Below are positions 23,191 through 34,630 of a DNA stretch of 64,000 nt, one piece after another; within the stretch, counting starts at the first letter, position 1; every line of letters starts with the position of its first letter. Below the pieces are notes generated by a model. That model saw nothing but the letters and a program-made list of their open reading frames with translations, did no database searches and was not told where the DNA came from. Both the position numbers and the translations under genes were made by a program. The DNA lies in the NCBI GenBank assembly GCA_013239625.1, contig MU054338.1, forward strand, positions 1,428,001-1,492,000, given 5' to 3'. Source of the DNA: Lama guanicoe (lineage: Eukaryota).

Positions 23191-24969
23191 TCAGATCATC
23201 TTCATGTTGAACTTGCGGGCGCCTCCCTGGCCGGCAGCCGCCGCGGGCCCGTCCACCTTGCGGAAAGAGTACTCCACGGAGAAGTTGTTCTTGTGCTGCC
23301 CGCGGCCGCGGCTCCACACGAAGAGCAGCAGGAAACAGAAGAGGACGACGCCCAGGAAGGTGATGCAGCCCATGGCGGTGGACACCAGGATGGTGGTGAG
23401 GTCCAGCGGGAAGCGCGCGGCCGCCTCCGTGTCGTTGCGGCCCTCGCCCGGGGTCCGGTTGGCGGCCGGCTCCGGCTGCACGCTCAGCGTGGCGAAGTAG
23501 GTGTCGTTGCCGCCCGCGTTGCTGGCCACACACGTGTAGGTGCCGCTGTCCTGCGGCCGCGCGTCCCGGATCTGCAGCGTGCCACCCGGCAGCACGCGCG
23601 CCCGGCCGGCGCTGGCGGCGGTGACCGCGCGGTGCCGGGGTGTCACCCAGGCCACGGTGGGCGCCGGCTCGCCCACGGCGCGGCACTGGAAGCGCACGTC
23701 GTCGCCCGCGGCCGCCGTGACGTGCTGCAGCCGCCGCTCGCGGATCTTGGGCTTGCGGCACACGAAGTACTCGAAGAGCACCGAGTCCGGCAGGTTGCGC
23801 AGAGCGTCGCCGCGGACCTCCGCTGGGGTGGCGCAGGCCGGCAGGCGGCCGTCGAAGTTAAGGGTCTTGCGGCGCTGCACGATCCAGAGCAGGCGACAGT
23901 CACAGGCCAGCGGGTTCCCGTCCACGCGCAGCGTCTCCAGGGTGTTGACCGAGTGGAAGGTGCTCTCCTCCAGCGTGGACAGCAGGTTGTTGGAAAGGTT
24001 GAGCAGGCGGATCTGCCGCAGCCCCAGGAAGGCCTGCGGCTCCACCACCGCCAGCAGGGCCCCGGCCAGGTGCAACTCGCGCAGGCGCACCAGGTCGCGG
24101 AAGGACCCACGCGGCACCGTGCTGATGGGGTTGTGCGACAGGTTGAGGCAGGTGAGGTGGGCCTGGTGGCGCAGAGCGGCGGCCGGCACGGCGGTGATGT
24201 TGGTGTGGGTGACGGACAGCGAAGTCAGGTTGAGACCCCGCAGGCTGCCGGCGGCCACCTCCTCCAGCAGCGGCCAGTTGTCAATCTCCAGGTGCAGCAG
24301 GCCCGGAAGCCGCTGGAAGTTCTGGTCCTCCAGGGCGGCGATGGCCAGGTGCCGCAGCCGCAGGGCGCCCAGGCCCCGCAGGTGGCCCAGCGACTCGCCT
24401 GAGAGCGCCGTCAGGTTGCAGCGCTCCAGGGTCAACTCCTCGAGCGCTAGCAGCCCGGCGAAGGCCCGGCGCGAGATGAACACCAGGTCGTTGTCGCCCA
24501 CCTCCAGCCGGCGGAGGCTGCGCAGGTCCTGGAAGGCGTAGTCCAGGAGGATGACCAGCTTGTTCTCGCTCAGGTCCAGCAGCGTGAGGTTGTCCAGGCG
24601 CGTGAAGACCCCGGGCGGGATGAGCTTGAGCAGGTTGCCGCGGAGGCGCAGCACGCGCAGGCGCGGCAGGTTGGCGAAGGCGCCCGGCTCCACGTGCGCG
24701 ATCACGTTCTCGCTCAGGTCCAGCTCCTCCAGCAGCGGCAGGGCGGCCAGGTCGCCCGGGTTCAGGCAGCGGATGCGGTTGCGGCTGAGCTCCAGCAGGC
24801 GCGTCTCGGCCGGGATGCCGTCAGGCACGGCGGTCAGCCGGCGCCGCGGACAGGCCACCGCGCGCGTCTGCGCTGTGCACTCGCAGCGGGCCGGGCAGCC
24901 CCCGGCGGGGGGCGGGGCCGCGGGCAGGAGCAGGAGCTGCAGGCTCAGGACGCACAGCCAGCAGGTCAT
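23191..24969 (-). CDS. LINGO3: Leucine-rich repeat and Ig domain-containing Nogo receptor-interacting protein 3 (592 aa, single coding exon)
   Basis: [10 protein letters not shown] signal peptide, CPARCEC LRRNT, tandem LRRs, NPLACDC LRRCT, Ig domain (DSGTYTC), transmembrane segment, LINGO tail ARKFNMKMI; good Kozak context CACCATG. Confidence 0.98.
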   Translation of the reverse strand: MTCWLCVLSLQLLLLPAAPPPAGGCPARCECTAQTRAVACPRRRLTAVPDGIPAETRLLELSRNRIRCLNPGDLAALPLLEELDLSENVIAHVEPGAFANLPRLRVLRLRGNLLKLIPPGVFTRLDNLTLLDLSENKLVILLDYAFQDLRSLRRLEVGDNDLVFISRRAFAGLLALEELTLERCNLTALSGESLGHLRGLGALRLRHLAIAALEDQNFQRLPGLLHLEIDNWPLLEEVAAGSLRGLNLTSLSVTHTNITAVPAAALRHQAHLTCLNLSHNPISTVPRGSFRDLVRLRELHLAGALLAVVEPQAFLGLRQIRLLNLSNNLLSTLEESTFHSVNTLETLRVDGNPLACDCRLLWIVQRRKTLNFDGRLPACATPAEVRGDALRNLPDSVLFEYFVCRKPKIRERRLQHVTAAAGDDVRFQCRAVGEPAPTVAWVTPRHRAVTAASAGRARVLPGGTLQIRDARPQDSGTYTCVASNAGGNDTYFATLSVQPEPAANRTPGEGRNDTEAAARFPLDLTTILVSTAMGCITFLGVVLFCFLLLFVWSRGRGQHKNNFSVEYSFRKVDGPAAAAGQGGARKFNMKMI

Positions 24970-25065
24970 GGTGCGGAGCCTGGGCCTAGGGCCGCGCCAG
25001 CATCCTCGTGGGCACCTGAGGGCGCGGGCAGCGGGAGCACCCGCATCCCGCCACCCCGCCCCGCC

Positions 25066-25081
25066 NNNNNNNNNNNNNNNN
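25066..25081. other. Assembly gap (further gaps at 37651-37694 and 60756-61187)
   Basis: N runs, each adjacent to extremely GC-rich sequence. Confidence 0.99.
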
Positions 25082-25817
25082 GAAGGATTTATCCTCCGTA
25101 GGGCCCGCCATCCCACTCCTGGCTGTCTACCCAAGAGGACCGAGCACACACATCCACACAGAAACTCACACTGCAGTGCTCAAAGGAGCATGAGCCACAG
25201 TAATCACAAAGGGGAAACAACCCGTGTCCATCAGCTGAAGACTGGATACACAGATACGGTCCCTCCGCACACTGGAATACTACTCGGCCATGAAAAGAAG
25301 AGAAGCCCTGACACTTGCTGCCACGTGGACGGGCCCTGAGAGCACCGTGCTCAGGGAGAGAAGCAGACACAGAAGGACACACAGTGTGTGAGTCCATGGA
25401 TGTGAGGCGTCCGGAACAGGCCAGTCCCCAGACCCAGGGAGGGGGCTCCTGGCTGCCTGGAGGAGAGGGAAGGGGAGTGACTGCTAACAGGGTTCTTTTT
25501 GGGGTGATGGCATAGTCTGACATTAGTGGTGATGGTTGCACGACCTTGTAAATACACTAAAAGCCACTGAATCGTGCACTTCAGAAGGGGGAATTTGGGG
25601 GTAGAGAGATTTTTGGGCTTGGTGGTAGAGGGAGCACCAGATCCTGGATTCAATCCCCAGTGTCTCTGTTAAGGGGGAAAAATATGATATATATGTAAAT
25701 GCATAAAAACATATATTTATATATATACATATAATATATAAAATTATATATTTTATATATACATATATATGGGTGAATTTTATGTTATGTGAATTGCATC
25801 TCAAAAAGAAAATTACA

Positions 25818-26159
25818 GGGGTGTTGAGCCAAGATAGTGGAGTAGAGAGACTCACAGCTCCCCCTCTCCCATAAGTGTACCAAGAATTTCATCTACAAAC
25901 CCACTGAATCACACAGAACAGCTACTGAACTCTGGCAGAGTCTCTCACTTCTAAACACAGGAAGGTTCTCACAAAATCCGATAACCAACGTGTTTCTACT
26001 GTACAGCACAGGGAACTATATTCAATATCTTGTGGTAAGCTATGGTGAAAAAGAAAATGAAACGAACATATGTATGTTCACGTATGACTGAAGCCGTGTG
26101 CTGTACACCGGAAACTGACACAACATTGTAAATGGACTGTACTTCAATAAAAATATATA
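25818..26159 (+). mobile_element. Mini-L1: L1 5' UTR start (25818-25980) fused to L1 3' end (25981-26159), flanked by a 15-nt TSD
   Basis: GCCAAGATAGTGGAGTAG...ACAGAACAGCTACTGAACTCTGGCAG resembles cetartiodactyl L1 5' ends; the 3' half matches the window's other L1 tails; TSD 25803-25817 vs 26160-26174 matches 13/15. Confidence 0.7.
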
Positions 26160-26734
26160 AGAAAGACAATTACAAAAAGAAGCACTTATTGAGCTGGAGA
26201 ATAACCACACAAATATAATGTAAAGATTTTTGATACCCAAACCCTCCCATTTGTAGAGTGCCTGCTGTACGCCAGGCCCTGCACACACAGAAGTGCAGGC
26301 AGAGGGCCAGCCTTCTCTCCTAGGGTCACATCCATTGAGGGGGCACAGGTGGGCTGAATGTTGCTCCTCCCCGGAGGCCCTGCCGGGCCTACCACCCGTC
26401 TTCTCCTCCCTCTGTTACCCTGTTTGTCTGCATGGTCCAACCACGGGAGACTGCAGTGCATCTAAAACGCTCTTCACGCTGTCTGTCTCCTGCTGCTGGT
26501 TGGAAACTCTCCAAGGCCTTTACCTTTGTCAACCTGACTTCAGAGCCTAGGTCTGGGCCTGAGGGATGGCACTTGCTGGATGAACATCTGTGTATCCCAT
26601 AAAAATAGGCGGCAATAATTGAGGACGCACCGTGAGAGACTGTGCGGGGCTGAGTGTGGACGGATGGTCAAGGTGACTGGGGTCGGCGGAGGGAGTGACT
26701 TCAGACCAGGACAGGTGACATTTAAGCTGACACC

Positions 26735-27172
26735 CTGCACTGGGTTGAACTGTCTTCCCTCCAAAAGATAAATTCAAGTCCTAATCCCAGTATCTGGGAA
26801 AGGGGCCTTCTTTGGAAATAGGGTCTTTGCAGATGAGGTTACATTGGATTAGGGTGGCCCTAAATCCAATAACTGATGTCCTGGTAACAAGAGGGGAGTT
26901 TAGACTCACGCAGAGATACACACAGAGGGAATAAGGCCATGTGAAGGCAGAGGCAGAGGTTGGAGCGGTGCATTAAGAAGCCAACGATTGCCGGGGCCCC
27001 AGAAACGGGGAGAGGCAGGAAAGACCCTCCCTTGGAGCCTTCAGCAGGAAGGATGGCCCTGATACACCTTGATTCCAGGCTTCTGGCCTCCAGAAACCAG
27101 AAGATAAATTTCTGTTGTTTTTAAGCCACTCCGCTTGTGGTATTTTGTATTTGGCCCCAGGAAGCTAACACA
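26735..27172 (+). mobile_element. MLT1B/C-like LTR
   Basis: TGGGTTGAACTGT...GGAAATAGGGTCTTTGCAGATG...GGCCTCCAGAA...TTTAAGCCAC...GGAAGCTAACACA. Confidence 0.85.
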
Positions 27173-27784
27173 GACCCAAAGGATGACCAGGAGAGGATCA
27201 TAGATGTCAGGGAAAGAGGGTTCCAGACTGGAAGAATGTCAGTGCAAAGGCCCTGAGGCAGGAGCAGCTGGCAAGGCTGGGGGGGAGTGCATGGGGTGGG
27301 GAGAGGGTGATGCATGGGAGGGGCCATGGAGGCTGGATGGTGTGGCTGGGGAGGAACAGATGCCAACGCGCCTGGGCCTTTGCACCTGCGCCTTCGGAGC
27401 TGCTCTGTCTCTCCTGAAAGCCAGCTGGGCCCCCCTCCCCCATCCCCACACTCTGCTGCAGCCCAGATCTGGGGCCAGGGTGGGTAGGGGTGGGGAGGAA
27501 ACCGCCAGATGGCCGCTGGAGGGAGCTGCTCCATTGGCTGGGTAGCTATTTTCAGCATCTTAGCAGCTGAAGCGCCCCCAGGCATCCCCTGACTCCCCTT
27601 GGCCCAAGCCTGCTGCCTGTTCCCTCACTGTTCCCGCAGGCCTGGCTGGGCAGCGACCCAGCCTGAAATCCTCATCGGCTGAATGCCCTTGAGGCGGCTC
27701 CCACCTTCCTGGGCCCCTCTGGGAATTTTAGGTGAGAACTAACACACACAGCTCTGAGTAACTCTTTGCTCAACGCGAGAGGGA

Positions 27785-28165
27785 AATTATTTGTAAGTGG
27801 AGTTTGTACTTTGTAGATGGCATCCAGTTAAGATGAGGTCACACTGGAGACGGGTGGGCCCTGATCCAATGACTGGTGTCCTTATAAAAGGGGAACTATG
27901 GATGCAGACGCGCAGGGAGGACGGCCATGTGACTGAGGCAGAGTTTGGAGTGGTGCAGCTATGAGCCAGGGAACACCAAAGGTGCCAGTAACCAGCAGCA
28001 TCTGGAAGCAGCAAGAAAAGATCGCCTCCTCCAGTCTCTGGAGGGAGCACAGCCCTGCTGACACCTTGGCTTCGGGCGTCTGGTCTCTGGAACAGAGGGA
28101 ATGAATTTGTCTGGTTTTAAGCCACCCTGTTTGTGGTATTTCTTCATGGCAGCTGCAGGATGTAT
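27785..28165 (+). mobile_element. MLT1B/C-like LTR
   Basis: GTTAAGATGAGGTC...CCAATGACTGGTGTCCTTATAA...TTTAAGCCACCCTGTTTGTGGTA. Confidence 0.8.
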
Positions 28166-31100
28166 CTGCAAGACCAAATGAGTATCCATGTATCCGTGAG
28201 AAAAACTCACACGTGGGAGCAGAGTGGCGTGAACAAGTGTTGCTGGAACAGCAGTGTTGTTTGGAACAGCAAGAAAACTGAACTAACCTAGAAACTCATC
28301 AAGAGGGGATCAGTTGAATAAACTGTGGTCCATGCCTGCCTCAGAACACAGGGAGACATGTATGCATCAATGAAGAAAGGCAGTGGAGATGTAGTCATAT
28401 GGGGGGGGTGCTGTTCCAGAACTAACCTAAGTGCCCATCAGTGGGGGATTGGTTACATAAACTGGTCCATGCATGCTGTGGGGTCGAAGAGACTCACTCA
28501 TACTCAGCAGAAGGAGAAAGCTGAGGTCCATGTACATGGAGGAAAAATGAACTAACCTAAGTGCCCATCAACAGGGGTTCCAAGAAGCCATAGTCCACAG
28601 TTATTGTGGAATTGGGGAGATTCGAAGGTGCCCGTGAGGAAAGATGGCTGACTGTAGCCACATGGGAGGTCAGGGGCTGGGGGCAGTCAAGGCTGCCAAA
28701 CAAGCACAGGCAGCGTAATCCTATTCATGGCAAAATAAAATGAAGCATGGAACTGAATTCCAGATTTCAGTGGGCACACGAGCACAGGTGCAGGTGCCCC
28801 TGAAACGCCTGGGAATTCACATGCCACACGGAACCGTGCTGTGAGCAGCGGGAGAGGGCTGAGAGTGTTGGTCACACCACGAGGGAACTGGGGCACCCCG
28901 GGTCTCCAGGGGGTCATGGGTCTCGGCTCCCTGCCCCAGGCTGGGGGACCTAGTGGGGAGACAGAGGGAGCAGGCCAGAGCCATCTGGTTGTGTCTTCTC
29001 CTAGCAGCTGGCCTTAATCTCAACCTAGGCACTGCAGGGAACATAATCCTTCCCTGAGGCCAACTCCCTTCTCAGGCTGTTTTTCTAGGTCATTCTCTCC
29101 ACATTGTTGCCTTGGACAGCACGTGGAGAGGCTGTGTCCCAGGAGGGGCCAGGGAGCTAGGACTGATGGTCCCCTGTTCCGCTGCCCATATCATGCCTTG
29201 AGCAACTTTCTACCCTCAGCCAGCTCTGAGGCCACTCCCAGGTCCCTGTCTCAGCCTGTGCCACTCCCTGTGGTCAAGGGGTAACTGCCCCTCACCCAGG
29301 GATGGGGGATGGCTCCTCAGCAACCTGCTTTGGAGGAGCCAGCCCCACCCTGAGCAGCTCTGCCCCAGGAATGAAACGGCTGGGACTGTTCAGCCCCCAA
29401 CGGACTCCTTGTGGGGGGCAAGCTGCCCAATTTGTTCTTTCTGCAGGAGAGAATTTCCCACCGCCTCCCCTCCCTGCCTCCCCTCCTCCCTCTCTCCCCC
29501 TCACTCACTCTGTTCCAGCCACACAGGCCTCCTGGCTCTTCTTCCAACAAACCAGGCCTGGTCCTGCCCCAGGACCTTTGCACAGGCTGTGCAATATCCA
29601 GACCACTGCTGCTGCATGGCTCTCTCCCTGACTTTACTTGGGTCTCACCCCCAATGTCACTTCCTCTCTGCACTAAAGTTCCCCGCCCTCATCTCTCTGA
29701 AATGCCATTTAACCCTCTTTCAAAGCTGGTATCTCTTCCTAGACTAGAAACACCATCATTAGAATGGCAAACATGCTACAGCCCCTGTTCTGGGCCAGCC
29801 CTGAGATAGGGACAACCTCATGGAGGGGCTCCCATTGTCACTCCCACTTTACAGAGGGGAACAAAGCAACTTCAGTCACCTGCTCAGTTTCACAGCACGT
29901 CAGAGGTGGGAGGGAACAGTCTCGGGTGAAGTTGGGGGGTCCTTAACCCGTAACACTAGTTAATCCATCCTTTTTTTTAAGGGTGAGGAGAAGGTCCTGG
30001 CAGGTTATCCAGCTAGGATTTAAAACACGGTCTGTTTCTGCTGGGCCTGTTTTTATCGTCGCCTGCGGAGATCCTGTAACGCTGGTTTCCCCTCACTGGT
30101 TGATATCATCCGTCAGTCAGTCAACAAACATCTACCGTGCTGGGCATTTTCCAGGTGCTGAGGACACAGAGCACATGAGACAAAGAGGTCAGCCTTCCTG
30201 AAGCTGACAAATACCAAAGGAGGTAAATACAGACACTCCCTCCTTGGGCAGACAAGTTAAGTGAAAAAAAATAAATCCAGGGAGAGCGCAGTGGGGAGGT
30301 GTCGAGGGGGCTGCAATGATCTCATTTGCTGAGCAAGGGACAAAGACGTGGGGAGGGAGGAAAGGAGCCTGGCCGGCGGGGGCGGCGGGGCCGCAGCCCA
30401 GGGGAGGGCGCTGCAGAGAGAGGAAGGTGGGCTTCTTACAAACGTTACATTTTTTTTTAAGTTGGAAAGAATTTTTAAAAAATTGTCACAGAAGGTGGAT
30501 AAGAGCAACATCAGAAGGGAAGTACTCAAGGGACGGGGGGTCGGACGGCCAGGGCACAGCTGCTATGATACAGCCGCAGAAGGGTCGGCGCAGGCCTCAG
30601 TTCTGACACGCTGTGTGACCTCCGATGGAAACCATGCCCTCTCGGGCCCTCGTCTGTCAAAGGGAGCGAGACCTGGGACGTCCTAGGAGATCTTGCGCTA
30701 TAACTGCTCCCGGGATGAGAAGACTGCTGGCCCTTGGTGCCCAGCAGGGCCCCGTCATCTCCCCTGCGGGGGCGGGCAGACTCGCAGCTGGGCTGGCACG
30801 TCTGACGCCTCCCCCTTGGGTTCTGGCCCCAGCACTGCACTGGTTCTTGGCGAGGGAGCTGTGGGGACTTCACTCTGCCTCCTGGAGCCGGTTCACTTGC
30901 TCTCCTGGACGCTGGCCATGCTAGGAAGCAGGGAACTAGCAGGAGGGTGGTCTTGGTGGAGGGCTGGGGTGTCCTGAGCCGAGATGAGAGGCCCGGGCGC
31001 CCCTCCGTCCCTGCCACTCTCAGACGACAGAGGGCTGGGCGCCCTGAGCAAGTGAGTCACCCTGTCTGGGCTTGTTTCCCTGCCCAGAGTCCGGGGCGTT

Positions 31101-34100
31101 GCAGTGGGATCAGAAGACCAGGACCCTGGGTCTCGATTAGGGTAGGGGTCTGGACTCTGGTCCTGCCCCTGCCGCTCCGTTTTTAGGGCGTCGGGTCCAT
31201 TTCCTGAAAGGTAGCCGCATGGAAGGGTGATGTTGGTTCTACGCCTTTACCGTCCCTTCCCTCCTCCTTGCGGCTGTGGACTTCGGGGAGGTGACACCCA
31301 CAGGTCCATCAAGGTCCCCACTTGCCCTTCAGACCGTCCCCGCCTCCCCAGGGACCTGCCACCCGCCTGGGGCCTCGCCCTCGTCTGCCAGGACTAAACG
31401 CCATCTGTTCGCTGATGGCTCCTGATCCTGTTTCTCTCCCGAGCTCCAGCCCTGGGGACCCAGCCGCATCCCTGCCGTCTCCAGGAAGCCCCGCAGTGTC
31501 CCAACCTCATCCCCTGCTGCCGGGGGCCATCCCTGCTCCACCCCCAGCCCCTGCCGGTGGCGCCGGCTCACCCCCCAGCCAGTCTGTCACCAGGAGCTGT
31601 CACTCCACCTCCAAATGTATCCCAGACCCACCTCGCTCCCTGCCTCCTGCCCCCAGCAGGCCCCCGCCAACCACTCCAAACCCCTCTCCTGCCAGCGCAG
31701 GCCCCAGCTCACACCCTGGCAGTCCACACAGCTCTGCCTCCTTCTGACCTCAGTGTTCCCACCTGCAGGATGGGACTGGGGTTGGATGAGGGTCCCTTGG
31801 CACCGCTGACATTTGGGGCTAGATCACTCTCCGTGGGGGGCCATCCTGGGCACTGTGGGGTGTGGAGCAGCCTCCTCGGTCCCCCACTCGATGCCAGAGG
31901 CACCCCTAGTCGTGTGACAACCACAGACGTCCCAGGACGTTGCCCAGTGTCCCCTGGAGGGCAGGATCACCGGAAAGAGAAATCTTGCAGAGGATGCTGA
32001 GGCACACAGCAGGCATCCAGCTGATGCCCCAGGAGGAAACAGGCTGATTATCATCCTGTGTTATAGATGGGGAAGCAGAAGCCCAGAGAGGGCAAGTGGT
32101 TTGCCTGGGGCCACCCAGCAGGTAAGAAGGACATGTAAGACTCAAACCCAGGGCTCCATACCCTCGTCTCCCAGGGCTCTCCCAGAGTCGGGGCGTGGGG
32201 AGCCCATCCCCCACCAGCTCTGCAGACCTGGGAGCCTGCCTGGAGCCAGCTGGGCAGGACTGGGGGGCCCCAGAGCTGTCCTTGCAGAGTGGGGCTCCCT
32301 TCTCCCACACCACAGAAGCTTCGGGATCAGCGAGCACGTGGCTCGTGGACGAGGCTGGAGGAGGCCCTGGGACCAGCCTGGCCCTTCCGGGGTTGCAGGT
32401 GCCAGAACAACTCTTTGCTATGTGGGCTGAGCGCTGCCCACGCCGAGCCTGGGGCGGACTGGACTCCCTGACACCCGGACCCCAGCAGAGCCAGGCCCTC
32501 CTCCACCCCCATTTTCCAGGAGCCACAGGGCTGGTGGCCGAGAGTCTTCCCATCACTTCTCCTCAGTGAGGGGCAAATCCCAGGGAAGCAGGGCTGTCCT
32601 TGCCTTGGTCCGTTCCCCACGGACACAGCCTCACTACTGTGCTCGACAGCAGCGGCCACGAGAGCTTCACAGGGGCAGCCAAGGTCACTGTGGGCGGGAG
32701 GCAGGGCTCGGCCCGCGTGCAGATGGCCCGCTCCGTGGCCACACCCGGGCCTCCATCTCCCCATCTAAACCCCGGTGGGCCAGGCCCTGGGCGGGTGCTG
32801 GGGGCACAGCGGCCCCCAGCCTTCCCAGGCATAGGTTTTCCCATTTCAAGTGCCCAGTGCTTGTTTAGTACTTTCACAGATATGTGCAACCATCACCTGT
32901 GTCTAATTCCAGAACATTCCATCACCCCTAGAAGAAGCTCATCCCCATGAGCAGTCACCCCTCCCCCTCCCCTGCCCCTGACAGCCAGGAGCCCCCTCCC
33001 TGTGTCTGGGGACTGGCCTGTTCTGGACGCCTCACATCCGTGGACTCATATGCCATGTGTCCTTCTGTGTCTGCTTCTCTCCCTGAGCGTCGTGTCCAGT
33101 GGCGGGCAAGCAGCCAAGACACGCAAACACATTCACAAAGTAGATGGTTTGGGAAGAGCCGGGGGCTGTTATGGTCTGATGCTTTGTCTGGCGTGGCCGG
33201 GAGGGCCTGTCTGCAGGAGGGGGCCAGCCGGAATTCCGGGAAACAGAGTTCTGAGTGCAGGGACGCGCCGGGGCAAAGGCCCTGGGGTGGGAAGAAGTTG
33301 GCGCTTGGAGGACAGAAAGGGGGACGCTGGAGGCTCAGGGTGCATCTGAGTTCAGGGCTCGGAGTTGGGGTTGGCAAGCGCAGAACCACGCAGGGCGTTG
33401 AATCCACAGTGAGGTGTCTGGACTTGATTCTGAGAGCGACAGGGAGCCACAGGGGGTTCTGAGCACAAGCGTGATGTGTCTGGGTTGGAGTTTGAAGGTG
33501 AGTCCGGTGCTGTGTGGTCTGACCCTGTCACCCTGCATCACCTGAGCCTGGAAAGTCTCGTCTCCTGCCTGGGCAGCGCTGCTGTGAGGGCGGGGACCAC
33601 GCTTGCCCTCTCCCCAGCCCCCAGCCAGCAACATGCAGAGCTGGGCGCTCCGAGAGCCCAAGAACATCCAGTAAATGCACAGAGGCTCAGCGAACCTCCG
33701 GCACCGGGACAAGAACCCCCGGTCCCCATCAGAGCCTGCCCCGACCGCCTGGGAGAGACTTTTAATGCCCTGAGCCTCAGTTTTCTCTTGTGCAAAAGGG
33801 ACTCACATGACTAACTACCACCTTCGCCGGCTGATGGCGGTGGTGGGGGGCACTTGAGAAGTCAGCAAGAATGTACTTGATCAACCGGGATCTTTCCTGA
33901 AAAATCTCTGCTGGGTGTGGGCTGGGGTCAGGTGCCCTGAGGCGCAGGCCTTGCTCTGCTTTCAGCCAAGTCTTTCCCTCATTCATTCATTCATTCATGC
34001 AACAAGCACTGAATGGGCACTGTCTGCGCGCCAGGCTCTGTTCTAGTTCTTGAAGGAAACAGCTTTGAACAACACAGACAGGATCCCTGCCTTTCATCCA

Positions 34101-34174
34101 GGATGATACACACAAGAAAGGGTAAAACAGAGGCCATGTGTGGGCAGTGGAGGAAAATGACAGGGAAGGTGCGG

Positions 34175-34630
34175 TCTGCCGTCAGCAGAACGAAGGCCCC
34201 TCCAAAGATGCCCACTTCCTGGTCCTTGGAATCTGAGATGTTTCTTTATGTGGCAAAGCGGGGTGAAATTAAGGATGCTGATCAGTTCACCCTGCAATGG
34301 GGGTGACCCTGGATTCCTGGGGGCCCTGTGCCATCACAGGGTCCTCATCAGAGGGAGGCGGGAGGTCAGAGTCAGAGAGAGACGGGGGATGCTGCGCTGC
34401 TGGCGGTGAGGATGGAGGGGGGGCCACGAGCCAGGGATGCGGCGCCTCTGGAAGCTGGAAGAGGCAGGACCCGATTCTCCCTGGAGCCTCCGGAGGGACC
34501 AGCCCTGCCCACACCTGGATTTTAGCCCTGAGAGGCCCGAGTCAGACTCCTGACTCCAGGACAGTGAGAGGATCCATGTGTGTAGTTTGAAGCATTAGGT
34601 TTGTGGCTGCGGCCCAGGGACACTCACACA
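34175..34630 (+). mobile_element. MLT1 (C/D-like) LTR, copy C
   Basis: GGCCCCTCCAAAGATGCCCAC start through GGGACACTCACACA end; 165-nt core identical to copy A. Confidence 0.8.

Noticed and set aside
23068..24541. 444-aa and 333-aa plus-strand ORFs opposite LINGO3
   Set aside because: Expected from extreme GC3 codon bias, which depletes stop codons on the opposite strand.
24970..25149. 60-aa N-terminal extension of LINGO3 in the ORF track
   Set aside because: It runs through an N gap into L1-derived sequence; the signal peptide and Kozak context indicate the start at 24969.
28270..28610. Repeat-spacer-like pattern resembling a CRISPR array
   Set aside because: Mammalian DNA, only three degenerate units, L1-like sequence and no cas genes.
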